Positions 13,850 through 53,960 of a DNA stretch of 64,000 nucleotides are shown here, piece by piece (the first letter of the stretch is position 1; each line of letters opens with the position of its first letter). The translations under genes were made by a program, and so were the position numbers. The notes beneath the pieces were generated by a model that saw nothing but the letters and a program-made list of their open reading frames with translations, was not told the origin of the DNA and ran no database searches. This DNA is from Amoebidium appalachense. Lineage: Eukaryota; Protista; Ichthyosporea. The DNA is taken from contig CAVNZM010000002.1 in the NCBI GenBank assembly GCA_963693365.1, positions 1,488,001 through 1,552,000 on the forward strand, in the 5' to 3' direction.

Positions 13850-14698
13850 GGGGAGGGGGGGGGGAGGAGACGAGGAGGGGGAGGGGGGAGCGGGCGGGGG
13901 GGGGGGGGGGGGAGGAGGGGGAGCATCTTCCGGAGGCAAACCTTCTTTGAGCGCAGGGTGTCGCATGGTCTTCCATCCACGGCCACTATCTGGTCCCCAT
14001 ACTCGATGCCTGCATGCTGCGCTATGGACCCCTCTACCACCAACGCCACAAACACACCGTAGCCCTTGATCTGAATGAGGAAAGGAGAGTGGTAGTAGGT
14101 TAGTGTTGTTACTGAGGGAGAGAAAAAAGAAAAGAAACAGGGTAGCTTTGGCTTATTACTGGTTGGAGGGGGAGGGGGGGGGGGGGAGGAGAGGGAAGGA
14201 GAGGGGGGGGGGGGGACGGGGGGAAGGGGGTGCGAGAGGGGGGGGGGGGGGGGGGGTGGATGGAGGGTAGGTTATAGGGTTCAACTGTACTGGGGCTTTA
14301 AATTGTAAAAACAAAAACAAACACGAGGCTAGGTTAGGCTGTCACCGATAGCTATGTGGTTGTGTCTACTTGTATGAGGGGTAATCAACGTCAGGTGTAG
14401 TCGGTAATAAGAGGTGTGTGGGTGGGTGGGTGGGGGGCCGGGGGGCAGGGGGGAGGGGGAGGGGGGGGGTTTGGACAGAATATAGAGGGCCAAGATCTAG
14501 AGTGTGTGAAAAACATCCGGTGAGCTAGGGGAGAGGAGAGGGGAAGGGGTAAGGGACCCGGGGGAGGGAGGGAGGGGGGGGGGGGAGAGAGAGAGGGGGG
14601 CAGAGTGTGCTGGTGTGTGTGTGAGTGTGCTGTGCACGTGTGCTTGTGTGTGTGTGTGTTTGAGTTGGTGGGGTGGGGTTGGTTGGGGTGGGTGCCGG

Positions 14699-14741
<43 letters not shown>

Positions 14742-16155
14742 TCAAGTAGCAACGACTGCGCGAGTTTGCAAATGCATGTGCTCGGCAACGTGCACCTGTG
14801 CATGGAGATAGGCTAGAAAGCATGAGGACATTTCCAAAGAAACAAAAAACAAGATAGAGCCACTAGTTGGGGGGGGGGGGGGGGGGGGGGGGGGGGAGGG
14901 AGGGAAGGAGGGAAAACAACAAAAGAACGTAATGCTGTGCATACCCGCTTCACCACCAGGCCATAGTATGTGCGCTTGGGCAGCATCAGCAGATTGTCAT
15001 TGCTGCTGTGCTTGACCAGTCGTACACTGATCTCCTGCTCGTAGCGCGGTGCCTCCCTCTTGCGCCGCTTGGTGATGGCTGCTACCCCTTGAGAGAACCG
15101 GCGCAGGCCTGGGTTGGTGCTTTTGGAGAACGATAGCTGTGCAGAAACAAAAATAGCGTGTGAGAATGTGTCTGCATGCCTCCTCCTTTATCCCCCTCCC
15201 CCCCCCCCCCCCTCCCCGCCCCTCCCCCCCCCCCCCCCCCCCCCCCCCCTTCCTCCTGCCCACCTCTTCTCGGCCTCCCACCACAAACACACACGCACGC
15301 GCGCACACATGCACACACATGCACACACACACACACACGCCCGTGTGCGTGTGCACCCCCCCCCCCCCCCCCCCCCCCTCTCCCCTCCCCCAACAACAAA
15401 AAAAAAAAAAAAAATAGAAAAGAAAAAGGGAAGGAAGGAAAGAAGAAGAAAGGCAGGGAGTGAACGAAAATAAAACTTAAATAACGTGCACTATTGGGAT
15501 GTGTGTGAGCGTGTGTTTGTGCGCGCGTGTGTGTGTTTGTGTGTGTGTGGGTGTATGTGCGTGTGTGCGCTCGCGTATGTGCACACACACAGTGCAAGTG
15601 CTTGCATGCATGGGTGTGCCTGCATGATTGCATGTGCTCATGCAGCGCAGCTACTTTGACTGATAAGACACAACCATGAACTCCCACCTTGCTGCTCAGT
15701 TTGCGAGGCAGGGGCAGGTCACTATCCGTGCTGGGGGGCTTATCCAGCACACTGGATCTCCGTCTTATTGGCTGCCCAACACGCAGGTGTGTGCTGTCTG
15801 CATGGGTGGGTGGTATAACTTAATTACAGTCTCTCGGTTGCACAGAGTTAAAACGGAGTTTCCTGAAAGATGATTTTGTCTGGACGATTGTTGGGCTGCA
15901 GGATATTTATGTGGGTATACATAAGATGTGATATCATGTATCACGTCTTTGGCAGTGCACGGTGCGTTTAATGCAATTATGTGCACCAGATACGTTGGCA
16001 CAGGCAACCTAAATGTTAATGTTGCATAACTCCTTACATACCGCCAGTTATTGTATTTTTCTTGACAATGTGCTACATGTGCGTATTTAGTCCTCTACAT
16101 GTGCCTTTTTTCGCGGCTCTGAAGAGTACTTACTTCTTTTCTTTTCTTTTTTCTT

Positions 16156-16201
<46 letters not shown>

Positions 16202-18300
16202 CGGGGGTGAGGGAGGGGGGAGAACCATAATATTCATGCATGTGGTAATGACAACATTCAGGTACCTGGAATGGGCTCCAGAGAGTCTTGGCTCTGGTTT
16301 GATGCCTGTTGCTGGACTTTCTGCATAGGGATACGAGTCATGTAGTTAAAACAAAAAAGGAAATGCACCAAATGGCGGACATGAGAAACTTTACATCCAC
16401 AACGTAATGAAAAGTAATTAGCATGCTCTATATTACTAGTAAGCAGTGGGTATTCCTGCAATCTACGTAGACATAGTTGGAACGAAAGGCTTTGAACTGC
16501 AGGCAGAAACAGGACCCTCGGGCACGTGGCCGATAATCATCATGGAATGGAGCCGTGTGCTTATGTGCTCATGTTTTAGTGCTCCATTGGCATATGAGCA
16601 TGGGCACATGCATGCGCATGCATGATCGGCATTGGGAACGCATGTGCAGGGCACAGGCGCTCACCAATCTGCTTTCTTTGCTTGCAAGGTGTATCTGACT
16701 CGCGCTTCTCCGTATTTCGGGCTGCTGGTTGCTTGCTGTATTACTCGTTAGGTGCGTCCCTCCCTTGTGTGCCCTGTCTTCCCCCACATTCACTGCACTG
16801 CAGTGAGACAGCCGCCTAGTGATGCGGCCAAAGAGACTGGTGCTTCTCCGAACCGAACCTGCCGTAATTTGTGGTGCATCTGCACGGTGCATAACTGTGT
16901 GAGTAAGGGATGATAAGAGTTGCAAGTCACAACACCGAGTATTTCAATATTTCTAGGAGAGACATCAATAGTAGTCATTTAGTTTCCCGGTAATGCCATG
17001 TGCCGCCTTTGTTCCAAGAGATGCACACACACAGGGAAGATGCCCAACATGGCCTACGCATAAAGGCCAGATTTGCGTTAGAGAGTGGCCACTGAGAGCG
17101 TAATATGAAACGTTGAATGGTAGTCACTGGTATCGTTATTGTTGTATTTGCTCAGGGCACATCCGTGCGTCCAAGTGCGTGTGCGTGTGTGCGTGCCCGT
17201 CAGCAATCAGTCGTAACGCCATCATGTTAAACGCGCCTGGCCGCACGCATGACTATCAGTGGATGGGTTGGACAAAGGGCTGATGCATCAGAACAGCAAT
17301 CGTTGGGGGGGGAATAAAGGGGGGTTAGAGGGTAAAGATTGCGAGAATGCGCTGCATGTTTCCGTGCTCTCGGCCATGTGTCCATGGACTAACTTAGGCG
17401 ATGGCTGTTTGGGCAGAACATAATACCTGCCACAGTTTCCACTGTTTCCTCAGCGATGCTCTTTCCTGAAGCCATATTGATGTGTGCGGCGTTCCTCTCT
17501 TGGTATAAGAAAAAATATGGGATAGTGATGAGAATCCAAGGTTGATTATCGATTCACGTGTTGGGTATAAGACGGAAAGGCTGACAGGTCGTTAGGCCAA
17601 CTGATCAGCTTCTCTCCACAGCAGGTTGCATCGACTCAAGCCACAGGTTTTTCGCTGAGCCAACCGTTCTAAAACATCACTAAACTCTATATGACTCTCT
17701 TCACGTGAAAAGATGTTTGTAAAATCGCGATTCGGAGTGGTTATTCAAGAAAGATGAGCTACATCACTGTGGGGAAGCTAAAGGGGGCCCTACATATACG
17801 GTGGATATGCACGCTGCAGCCTCACGGACAGGAGGATCGTATTGAGGGTAGCGGGAAGAGGCCTAGATTGACCTTGCTATAAATACATCCTATTGGTGGA
17901 TCTATAATAAATGATGCCTCGTAAGCCAAACAGTTCGCACAATGTCTTTTTAAAATGTTTTGATTCGTTATTTATCACACTACGTTGTATCTGGTCTGAC
18001 AGGATGACACTACCATCGAAGTTTCCGAGCCGTATGGCTGCCAAGGTCTCTTGCTCAGAGTAGGAGGCCTTGCTGGCTGCCTGGCAGCACGCGCCGCGGG
18101 TGGCTGCACCATGTCCTCACCGTGACTGAATCAGCGAAATATGTGAACACCGTCAACACACATAAATAAAACCTATAAATTGAAAAAGAGTGCCTCTATA
18201 ATTTATTTTGCATCGGAAGGCACATTTGCTGCCCGATGCGCCGGAGCTGGAATGCTGCTCGAGGCCATGATCCTCAGGACCCCAAGCTTGCAATTGTACC
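10136..18300 (-). CDS. Syntenin-like tandem-PDZ protein with a long low-complexity N-terminal extension (5' exons uncertain beyond ~15136)
   Basis: Exons ~14945-15136 (EISVRLVKHSSND...YYGLVVKR), ~13942-14070 (IKGYGVFVALVVEGSIAQHAGIEYGDQIVAVDGRPCDTLRSKK), ~12372-12496 (VARMISKNDAVDLVIRKPLVCTLHRQDNNSSWGFSINHKTIR), ~11712-11779 (EKNSPADIAKLPPLHSILT), ~10896-11038 (VNGEWVLHLSNTELGRLLDSIPQNLEMRLR), ~10271-10350, 10136-10180 (EVYSRDSIVPAA*). Two closely linked PDZ domains plus a short tail, as in syntenin. Confidence 0.75.
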
Positions 18301-18645
18301 GGTGCTGATCAGATTGGGAGGGGTACATGCATATGTGTATGCGCGTGTGTGTACAAGCCCTTGCGGCGTGTGTGCACAGTCCGCACTTGCGTGTGCACGT
18401 GTGCACAGGTCCGCAAGCGTGTGTGCACAGCCTCCTTGTGCATCCATGTGTGGTGCACCTAATTAGCAGGATATGTGCTATTTAGCCATGCGCTTTCACG
18501 CTAATTATTAGTTACTATATGCTACGTGCTTTTGACAGCCAACGTGAATCTTGAATCTGCTCAAAATGGGACGGTGCCAACCTCGAACAACATGAGCTTG
18601 AGGATCTGAATTGAAGCGCTTCGAAGCCAGATGCCTTACCAAGGT

Positions 18646-18686
<41 letters not shown>

Positions 18687-18712
18687 GGTGGGGAGGGGCT
18701 GCGGGAGGGGAG

Positions 18713-18746
<34 letters not shown>

Positions 18747-20025
18747 CAGAATCCACGGTTAGCTTGGTGAGAGGGGGCCGAGGGGCGAGCAGGTGCCGCC
18801 CGAGTGAGAGGAACGCACCTGCAGATTAGTCCTCAGAGTCCCTCCCCATGAACCCTCAGCCAAAATTTAACTTCCGGTTGTCCTCGTGCAAATAAAAGCG
18901 TGTAAACCCCCTCGTGTTTGCGTAAATCCGTCGACATTCGAAAATTCCTGGGCTGCATACCAACAGGGTTTCAAAATGTGTGACATGTGGCTCATCGGGC
19001 AAAAAAAAAAAAAAAAAAAGAAGAAAAGAAAAGAAAGAAAGAAAAAGAACACCAATGCAGGCACCAAGAAAGTTTGAAAGTCGCTGCAGGCACCAAGAAA
19101 GTTTGAAAGTCGCCGCAGGCCATGGATGCTATTGGAAGGTTGCCAAACTAGTAGTCTCCGTACTATGCCTGTGGTAGTGCCTGAAAAAGCTCTTTTTGTG
19201 TTTACAGCGTAGCTGAGAGCTTTTTATGTGGTCAGTGAGACGCTAGAGCACAAAAAACTCAATGCTTTGTGGAATTGGGCGTCCTTTCGAGGGTTTTCAG
19301 CAAAATTACACCCCACCCGAACACGATTTGCTCTGAGAACAGTACTGTAAGAGAGTTTATGTAACGCATAAGTTCATGTTCTGGGCACATTTCAGCCGAT
19401 AGTTAGCTAGTATTAGCGTCCTGCTTTGTGGGGCACTGTTCCTGACAACAACAAGCACGCCTGCTCTAGCATTCCACGGTGCCTGTTTGGTTGATCTTAC
19501 AGGTCCATCCCTACTGCAAAAGGGTGCAGGCGCCAGCTATCTACAGCAGTTAACTTCCAGTCACCGAGGTATGGGTGTGCCCCTCCCTCTGCACCCCTCT
19601 CCCTTCTAGCCCCACCACTCGTTCTGTGTTGTCCCTGTGTGATTTCTTCCTCCTCCTTTGGCCCACGGTTTGTCTGTCGTCTGGCGTGGGAAGTGTGTGC
19701 GTGTAAATGTTGTTCAAGTGTGTTGCTCGCGAAATGCGGAAAACAATAAGCTCCCTCTAATCCGGTACACAGGCAAAGGCAAAACCAATACCACAACCTT
19801 TACCGTTCCCCTTGTCATGTAAGCTGTTATGTTCCTGTTTTCTTGCTTGTGCCCTGTTTGCCTGCTCCTTAGGTAACCCAGTCGTGAACACCTCGTTTCC
19901 TGTAGCTTTACCCACGGGGGAGCTTCCCAGAAGCCCCGTCTCCTGAGGTCCTATCTATATTTTTCTTGCTTCTGCTTACTGCTGCAATTTTAACCCCCGG
20001 CCTTTCCTACTGCCCTTGCCTGCAT

Positions 20026-20262
20026 AAGTAACCCTGCTCGTCTCTGATCAAGACGGGTGACCTACCCATGTTCAAATGAAACAGCATCTGAGTTGGGTTT
20101 CGTTAACGAGATGAATAGGTCGAAACTCGGGTACTGTGGATGACGTGGCCCCCCCCTGAGGATGGGCTCTGCTTATTATGCATACTCTGTATGTATGGCT
20201 TGCATTCTGCATCGTGTTATCCGTTTGTTCATGTGTACTTCGTACTTTATGACGCATTCAAC
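20026..20262 (+). mobile_element. Dispersed SINE-like repeat, diverged full-length copy
   Basis: Shares the AACCCTGCTCGTCT.TGATCAAGACGGG head, GTCGAAACTC, CCTGAGGATGGGCTCTGCTTAT and the GCATTCAA-C-run end with 27949-28222. Confidence 0.75.
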
Positions 20263-20580
20263 CCCCCCCCCCCCCCCCCCCCCTTCCCCCGTCCATTCCT
20301 GCGCCACCCACCCGTTCAGGGTTGAGGGTCTCAGTTCGAGTACTGTGGTTCATGCCCCCCCCCCCCCCCCCCCCCCTCCCCCCTCGAGAATTGGCTCTAC
20401 GGTTTATTAAATTTTCTGGGTTCTTTCGTTTTTAAGTGCAAGTGGAAGTAGGTCACTGTGCATAGCTATAGTCAAGCATGCTTCATCTGCGCGGTTCTGT
20501 TTCTAGGCTGGGTGGTTGTCTATCTGCACAGTGCTAAATGATTTTTTTTTCTCGAGCAGGCCGGGTGTGCCATAGTCATC

Positions 20581-34443
<13,863 letters not shown>

Positions 34444-34672
34444 AATTTCCAGGTACAAAATTGCACATTTGTGATTGAAAGTAATAAATGCGTCATGGGT
34501 CATTCGAGTTGTCTTGTTGCTTGATTTTGGAAACAGGCCACTCTGATCAGCCGAGTAGACGTACATGTCAGATAATGTTGATTGATTTGAGTGTGTATCA
34601 CGTCAGATGTAGATAGAACGGGTGAGTGGGAGAGTGGATGGAGAAGAAAGGGAAAGAGATGCTCGAAGGGAA

Positions 34673-34711
<39 letters not shown>

Positions 34712-35467
34712 TATCTAACCTGAGGCTGTAACATGGGAAAATCCGAACTCTCTTCGTGTAGGTAAACAGTTGCAGATGATTGTTATTTGTTTCCGGCTGT
34801 TTCAATTCAAAATTCTTCTCCTTTTTGCTTGTTTTTGTAGGTTGTACTGCATGATATAGCGTGTGTACACGAGGATTAAGTGGCTTGACAGGTGTACATA
34901 TTTTGTGTTAATTATTTGGAGTCGCCACACAATGATAGAGTAATTAAGAAATATTGGAGTAGTATACGCTTAATAGCTGATTGACTAATGAATTTAGCAT
35001 TACACTACATAGAAATGTGCAATTGTTAGCTTTCTCCCCCGGCCTCTAATATAAACTGTAGATATCCCATCTCCCGCATGGCAATATGAACATGTATCGG
35101 TGGTACCGGTAGGTGTTTGGGGGTGCTAGAAATAACCCTTAGCTTTGCTTCAAAGATGGGCTATTTAGGCCTGCCAGTGGTCCCACAGTCCTTGGAAAAA
35201 CAATAAATCTAACGTACATTGAAAATCAAGAGCCAAGAAATTGCACGCGTGCCGTCTTTGAATTTGTGTAGTTGCATTTCTAGTTGCTGGTGGTGGAGGC
35301 CCCCAAGAGAGGGTTGCGCAGCCAAGAAAGGCGCAAAAGGGGAGGGGGGGGAGGGGGGTGCATTCGGGGGACCGAAACAGGAATGAGAACGTGGTAGTGG
35401 TGGTGGTGGCGCGTGTGTGTGTCAGTGTACGTGTTTTTGTGTGTGTTTGTGTGTGTGTGGTGGTGGT

Positions 35468-35510
<43 letters not shown>

Positions 35511-35995
35511 TGTGCGCGTGTGTACACATGTGTAGGATAGTCTGCATGCGTGGGGGGGGGGGGGGGGGGGCGCCTGTGCTGTCCATGGCCCGGGCCCAGC
35601 GGTTGCATATGCCGTGCACCCGGCCGGGACACGGGATCTGCGATTGGTGCGCCGCCCCTTGGTGATGATTAGCTAATCGCCGAATTTAGTTACTCCCACA
35701 TACGGATATCGGCATGTGCCATGCATGACCTTTAACCAGTTAGGCGCTCGCGACGGCTGCTAGGAATCTATTTAGCAATCACCTGATCCCGTACATACAG
35801 CCGTAGTCACATTTTTCACTTCGCTTCCGTTTTCTACAAACCGTCTGCTCCACAATTGCAACTCAGCTGGAGTGAGATAACTAGCAAAGAGATTCTGTGC
35901 CGCAACAAAGCGTGGTCTTGCAGCCGTTATTTAAGTCCTAAGTATACCCAAAAAGTTCAGCTCACATCTCCGCCGAAAGCCTTCCTCGTTAATCG

Positions 35996-48421
<12,426 letters not shown>

Positions 48422-48496
48422 AGAAGAAATATATACTTATACAAACATATACTTACACACACGTCCGCACACACGTGCGCGCACACACACACTTAG

Positions 48497-48527
<31 letters not shown>

Positions 48528-48537
<10 letters not shown>

Positions 48538-48668
48538 ATGTATATGCACACGTACACACACACACACACAGACACATGTATATGCACACGTACACACACA
48601 CACACACAGACACATGTATATGCACACGAAAACACACACACACACAGACACATGTATATGCACACGTG
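48528..48668. repeat. ~38-bp CA-rich minisatellite, 4 copies
   Basis: CACAGACACATGTATATGCACACG(TA)CACAC repeated, in the presumed 3' UTR of paralog 2. Confidence 0.85.
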
Positions 48669-49728
48669 CACAGGCACGTGTACGCGCACGCATACGCATA
48701 CGTACACACACAGAGAGAGAGACACACACTCACACTTGTCAGGATGTATGAACTAAGATGTATGTTATGCTCGTAGGCTTGGACTAGACAGACGTAGTTA
48801 TTAGCGCTCCCGTGGACCGGGTGTCTCTAGAAAAGCACCGTATCTGAATGGGAATGATATTGTGGTATTGATTGGCCATACAACATCGAGTGTTTTGTGT
48901 TTCTGACCACGCAGGCAGGCACGATTTTGGACGTATGTACACAGGCGCATCCAATAGGGGCCTTCATTCATAACCTACATGTAGATAGGAACCTGATGAT
49001 CTTATACCTGTATTTCGTTGCGTACATATGTATGTATGAAGTCTGCCTTGCCTGTTGTATATCATTGAGTTGTAGATCCAATTGGATATCATTCCCGTTT
49101 AAAGAGTATGCGACATTGGTAGCATATAGCTATGATGTTGCGCATGCATAAAATCCCTTCTTTCAACGTTGCTAACGGCTTAGTTAATTGCCAGTTTGGA
49201 GCCTTTAGCCGTGTTTGTATGTACTATGTAGTGCTTTTACTATGTTTAGATGTAAAAAGCATATTCCTCGTTAATAAATAACAGCTCAGACCTGGATTGG
49301 TTTGAATTGTTGTTTCTCGTGTATGTGCATGCAGTGTAATATTAGACGGTGTACACATGTGTGTGTGTGTGTGTGCGCGTTTTGTTTGTACAAATGGATG
49401 GGTGAGTGTACTGCCCTTGTTGGACGTCAGTGCCCTCGTGCCGGGCCACCAGAGACGTGGATCCCTTGTACGTACATGATTGATTTGAATGTTGCAATTG
49501 TTCACTTCTTTCCGTGATGTTAGCCTCTATTAATTAAGGTCTCTTCACCTTTTTTTTTTTTTTTTTTTTCAGGCCCAGCTGTGTGTGTGCGTGCGTGTGC
49601 GTGTGTGTGTGTGCGCTCGCGTGTGTGTGCCTGTGTGTGTGTGCCTGTGTGCCTACGGTGTGTGCGTTTAAGCGGGCGACGGGGAAGGGGTGGGTGCACA
49701 TGGGCCGGGTGGGTAGTTGTACATGTGT

Positions 49729-49788
<60 letters not shown>

Positions 49789-50976
49789 AGGGGGGGGGGG
49801 GGGGGGGGGGGGGGGATTTTAAGGTGGGGATCTGGATCGGAAGGCATGGGAGCCCCCCCCCCCCCCCCCGGCAGAAAACAAACACCATCTAGTTGAACGA
49901 AGGTTTTTGACGGCTGCAGAACGGGTGGCGAGGTGGCCAACGCTGTATCATAGTGTGATAATCCAAAGCCTAGGTGGCGTATATCAGGGGCTGCCGAGTT
50001 GCTTTTAAATAGCCACTATAGCATGCACATGGGCACGATTCAGCAAATTCAAGGTGTGCCGAAGTTTTTTTCTTTTTTTTTTTTTTTTTCTTTTTTTGTT
50101 GTTGTTGGTATGTTTGTGTGTGTACATGTGTGTGTGTGTGTGTGTGTGCGTGTGTGTGTAGGGGGGGGGGGGGGGGGGGGGGGGGGGAGGGGGGGGGGGG
50201 GGCGTAGGCAACTGAGGCATATTGTAAAAAATGATTAAAAATAATGACTTTCAAACTGATACGTGCATATCGGGGTTCACTGTGGCTCCAGTGAGTAGAA
50301 ATCAGGTGTTATAGGCACTGGGCAGCCTTTACAACAGTGTTCTACAAGCGGGTAGTTGGCTGCAAAATCTAATTGGTATTAGTGAACCGTATGGATGTGG
50401 GATTGGACATGCTGTTACCCTACAAATCTGAAAGCGAGTTTTTTGACCCGGGGCCGTAGCAAACACCAAATGCAGCTCGATCTACTAAGTCTTGAAGGCC
50501 ATAGTGGTACGTGTGGCATTACCTTTATAGTGTGGAACATACTGTTTCAAGTATCATCAGTACCTTTTTGAAAAGCGGAAGACAACACGATTCATTATTA
50601 ATCTGTGCATGAGTAAACTTCGTTAAAATTCAAACCCTTGTATAATGGGATGCATGCCATGACTAGCTAGTTATTCATATACATACAATATCATACAAAC
50701 AACCCACTGTGTCAATTTCATAACTATGCTGAAATACATTCCCCTCTTGGTGAAGAACATTACAGGTGGCCACCCAAAAATAGCCTTATTGGGAAAAAAT
50801 ATTAGAAAAACCTCGGTGAAAGAAATAACCACGAAGTCTCATTGTGAAATACATGCCATAGTGTTGTATGGGCTGGCTACTGTAATAAATTATACTAGTC
50901 TAAGGCATTTGCATCACAGTGCCGCAACCTGATTGGGTGCCAACCCCACAAGCTTGTAACCGTTACTATTAAAAGT

Positions 50977-52696
50977 TCAACCAACTAACGCTTTTGTTAA
51001 AAGAGGAGCCGCGGGGTCTTCATCGCCCCAACCAAGTCCAAACGCACCGTCGGGGTAGGTAGGAGGAGGCAACATATTTGTAGCCAAAGCCCCGCTGGTA
51101 GAGGGACACTTTGCCCACAGGGCAGCAATCGACACAGACGGAAATTGATTTCTGATGTTGCCATAGTACCTGGGGCCTGGGTCTTGGAATGCACAGTTTT
51201 CGATTACAAATGGCCGCCCTAGGTGCTTGTAACTGAAACCCATGAAACTTGACGGTGGCTGGCTCACAGTGGCATCGTTTTTGAATACCCCTCGCGCCGT
51301 GCTTGCCTCAATTCCTAGCTCGATGTATTTTCGGTGGAAGTTTGAATCACCAACCTTTGCACTTCCAAACGAAAATACACCTGCAACATTATATTTTACG
51401 CCTAGTTTAGCGCCGTTTTAGAAGAAGCTACCCAATAGGCGGCTATGAGGGATGCAAAACAGCCTCCCCTGCTGTGACCGGTGATAATAACGGCACACTT
51501 GTCAAGAGTCTGGCCCAAAGTAGAGCACATATCCACCATTGCCTGTTCAAAGCCATTTTGCATCAAACCCACAGCTCCTTGTTGGAAACCTGTGTGCACG
51601 TGCGCCTCTGCAGGAAATCCGAGGGGAGGGGACAGATTCTTGTGCGGCGTTGAAATTTGAGCGCCAGTCTGAGTTAAAAGGGTTTTTACCCTTACTCCCC
51701 TGAAGAATCACTATCACCGCACTATCCGTACGAAGAACTACTACCTCGTTCTGGTTCGCTGTGGCCACCGTTTTGACTTCACGCGCACCCAAACACGACC
51801 ACCACTTGGCCATTTGCGAGCTGGGAAGATCGACATATGTGCTCCCTGATAGAAGCATGGCCATGTACATGTTGACTACAGATAGTCTCTCAGGATAGAT
51901 CGGGATTATGTACTAGCCAATAGGAAGACAGTTATGGTTCACACCTGGCGTATGCGGCCCCAGGCGGTCCCCAAGTACGCGTGGGCGGGATAGTCGGCTA
52001 CCTGCGCGGATGCCAGTCCGCGAACACATCGTCCAATAGGAATACAGATAGTCTCTCAGGAATGATAGATCGGGATTATGTACTAGCCAATAGGAAGACA
52101 GTTATGGTTCCTGGCGTATGCGGCCCCAGGCGGTCCCTGGCCAAGTACACATAGGCGGGAACAGGCTAAGTACGTGACTGGGAAGAGCAGGACTAAACAG
52201 ATAGACTATTCTATCATAACAGTTGCTGCTGACACCCAATGTGTTGGGTTGAATGCAGCTTGGTTGTTGAGGACATTACGGTAGGCGTAGTTCTTGCAGG
52301 CGGGCATGGGGACATAGTTGTATGGTGGGGTGAAAGGGAAATTTGGTACCGGGGACAGAGAGGTGCGGGGAACCAGAGGATAGTACGAGTCTACCCAGTT
52401 TTGGGCCACTTGAGTCCTGCACGGACAACGCCCGTCACACACTTTAGTGACACCCGGCTTACAGGTGAGGCTTGGGGTTTTCGTAGGTAACCCCGTCCGT
52501 TCCGCACACTGGGTGCCCACCCCCACTTCCTACCGCGCACAACGCACACCCTGAACCCCATTTAGTCCCCTGGTTGAAAAGGCTGGAGAATAGCCCGCGC
52601 CGCTCTAATGGATGGGCATTGGCCCATGGCCATGAACTACTGGCAGAGAGGAAGAGCAAAAGGGCCAAGAAGGTAGGTGGAGGTTATCTTGGACAT
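50977..52696 (-). pseudogene. Frameshifted secreted Kazal-domain + class 3 lipase gene, no obvious introns
   Basis: Signal peptide (MSKITSTYL/LALLLFLSASS), then Kazal C..C...PVCGTDGVTYEN/..TC.PGV..VCDGRC, then lipase motifs VIVILQGS..DW..N, VHTGF, IITGHSRGG (GxSxG), SFGS.KVGD, KND.V...P...YKH.G. Frame breaks near 52670, 52472, 51600 and 51415, a stop at ~52206, and an internal duplication. Confidence 0.85.
51877..52160. repeat. ~115-bp direct duplication inside the lipase pseudogene
   Basis: 51877-51990 versus 52043-52160 (TACAGATAGTCTCTCAGGA...GGCGGGA), with small indels differing between the copies. Confidence 0.9.
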
Positions 52697-53373
52697 GGTG
52701 CAGGTGGGCTTGTCGACATGTGCGAACAAGCAACAAGTGCTGACTCACTGAGGAAGTTTGGTGACTGCAGCTGATAAGCTGTCAATACAATGTATTTTAT
52801 TGCGGTTAATAAAATGCATGACCATAATCGAATCAAAAGTCATAATATGACGTCACTGTGCGTAATGCCATTATGCCAATGTCATCATCGAGTGTATTGC
52901 TTTATGCCCAGGCTGAATTTGCCATAGGCTGGGTCTTGGAACACAGAGAAACGTAAAATTACTAAAGAAATAGTTGTTCTATTGGCTCAAGTAACATTAA
53001 GTGTTCCTCATGTTGTAGCGTGTACTCGTGTTGTAGTAGAGTTTCTTGTCAGCCAACCAGAACTCGGCACGCACTTGCTCATGTGAACGCCAAACGGTTA
53101 AAATGAAGCTAGGTGATTGGTTTTACCAAATACTTTGCCTCCTATTGGTCTAGTCTCGCTTTGTTTACATTCCGTCGGCCAGCCACGAGTGTCCTCCCAA
53201 GTCCCCACCATCCCCTTCAACAGGAGACCGGCCCAGCACTGAAAAAAGGAGAACAAAAGGAAATGGAAACTTGACTAAGAGAGAAAGAGAATCAATAGAT
53301 AAACGAGACAGAGCATAATAAACCTGCTGCGTTCTACACCACAGAGGACGTGAAAGAAGGCACCAGGCCGTGG

Positions 53374-53412
<39 letters not shown>

Positions 53413-53663
53413 ACCCCCCCCCCCCCCCCCCCACCCCCCCCCCTCCACCCCTACCCCGCGGCCACGCCCACACCGGCCCCCCCATTCCAACTTGTGACCC
53501 CAACCCCGCCACTGCCCTTGAACACTTGAACTCCCCCAACCCCCACTCCCCTCCCCCACTCCCCGCCCCTCCCCCTTTTCGAGGGACCAACCACCACCAT
53601 CACAGCCTACCACGGTGGCATCACGGCCTACCCATTGTCCAACCACCTACGAGGCTTATAATG

Positions 53664-53960
<297 letters not shown>

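Noticed and set aside
19056-19120. 29-bp direct repeat containing TTTGAA
   Set aside because: Only two copies and no supporting motifs; probably a local slippage duplication.
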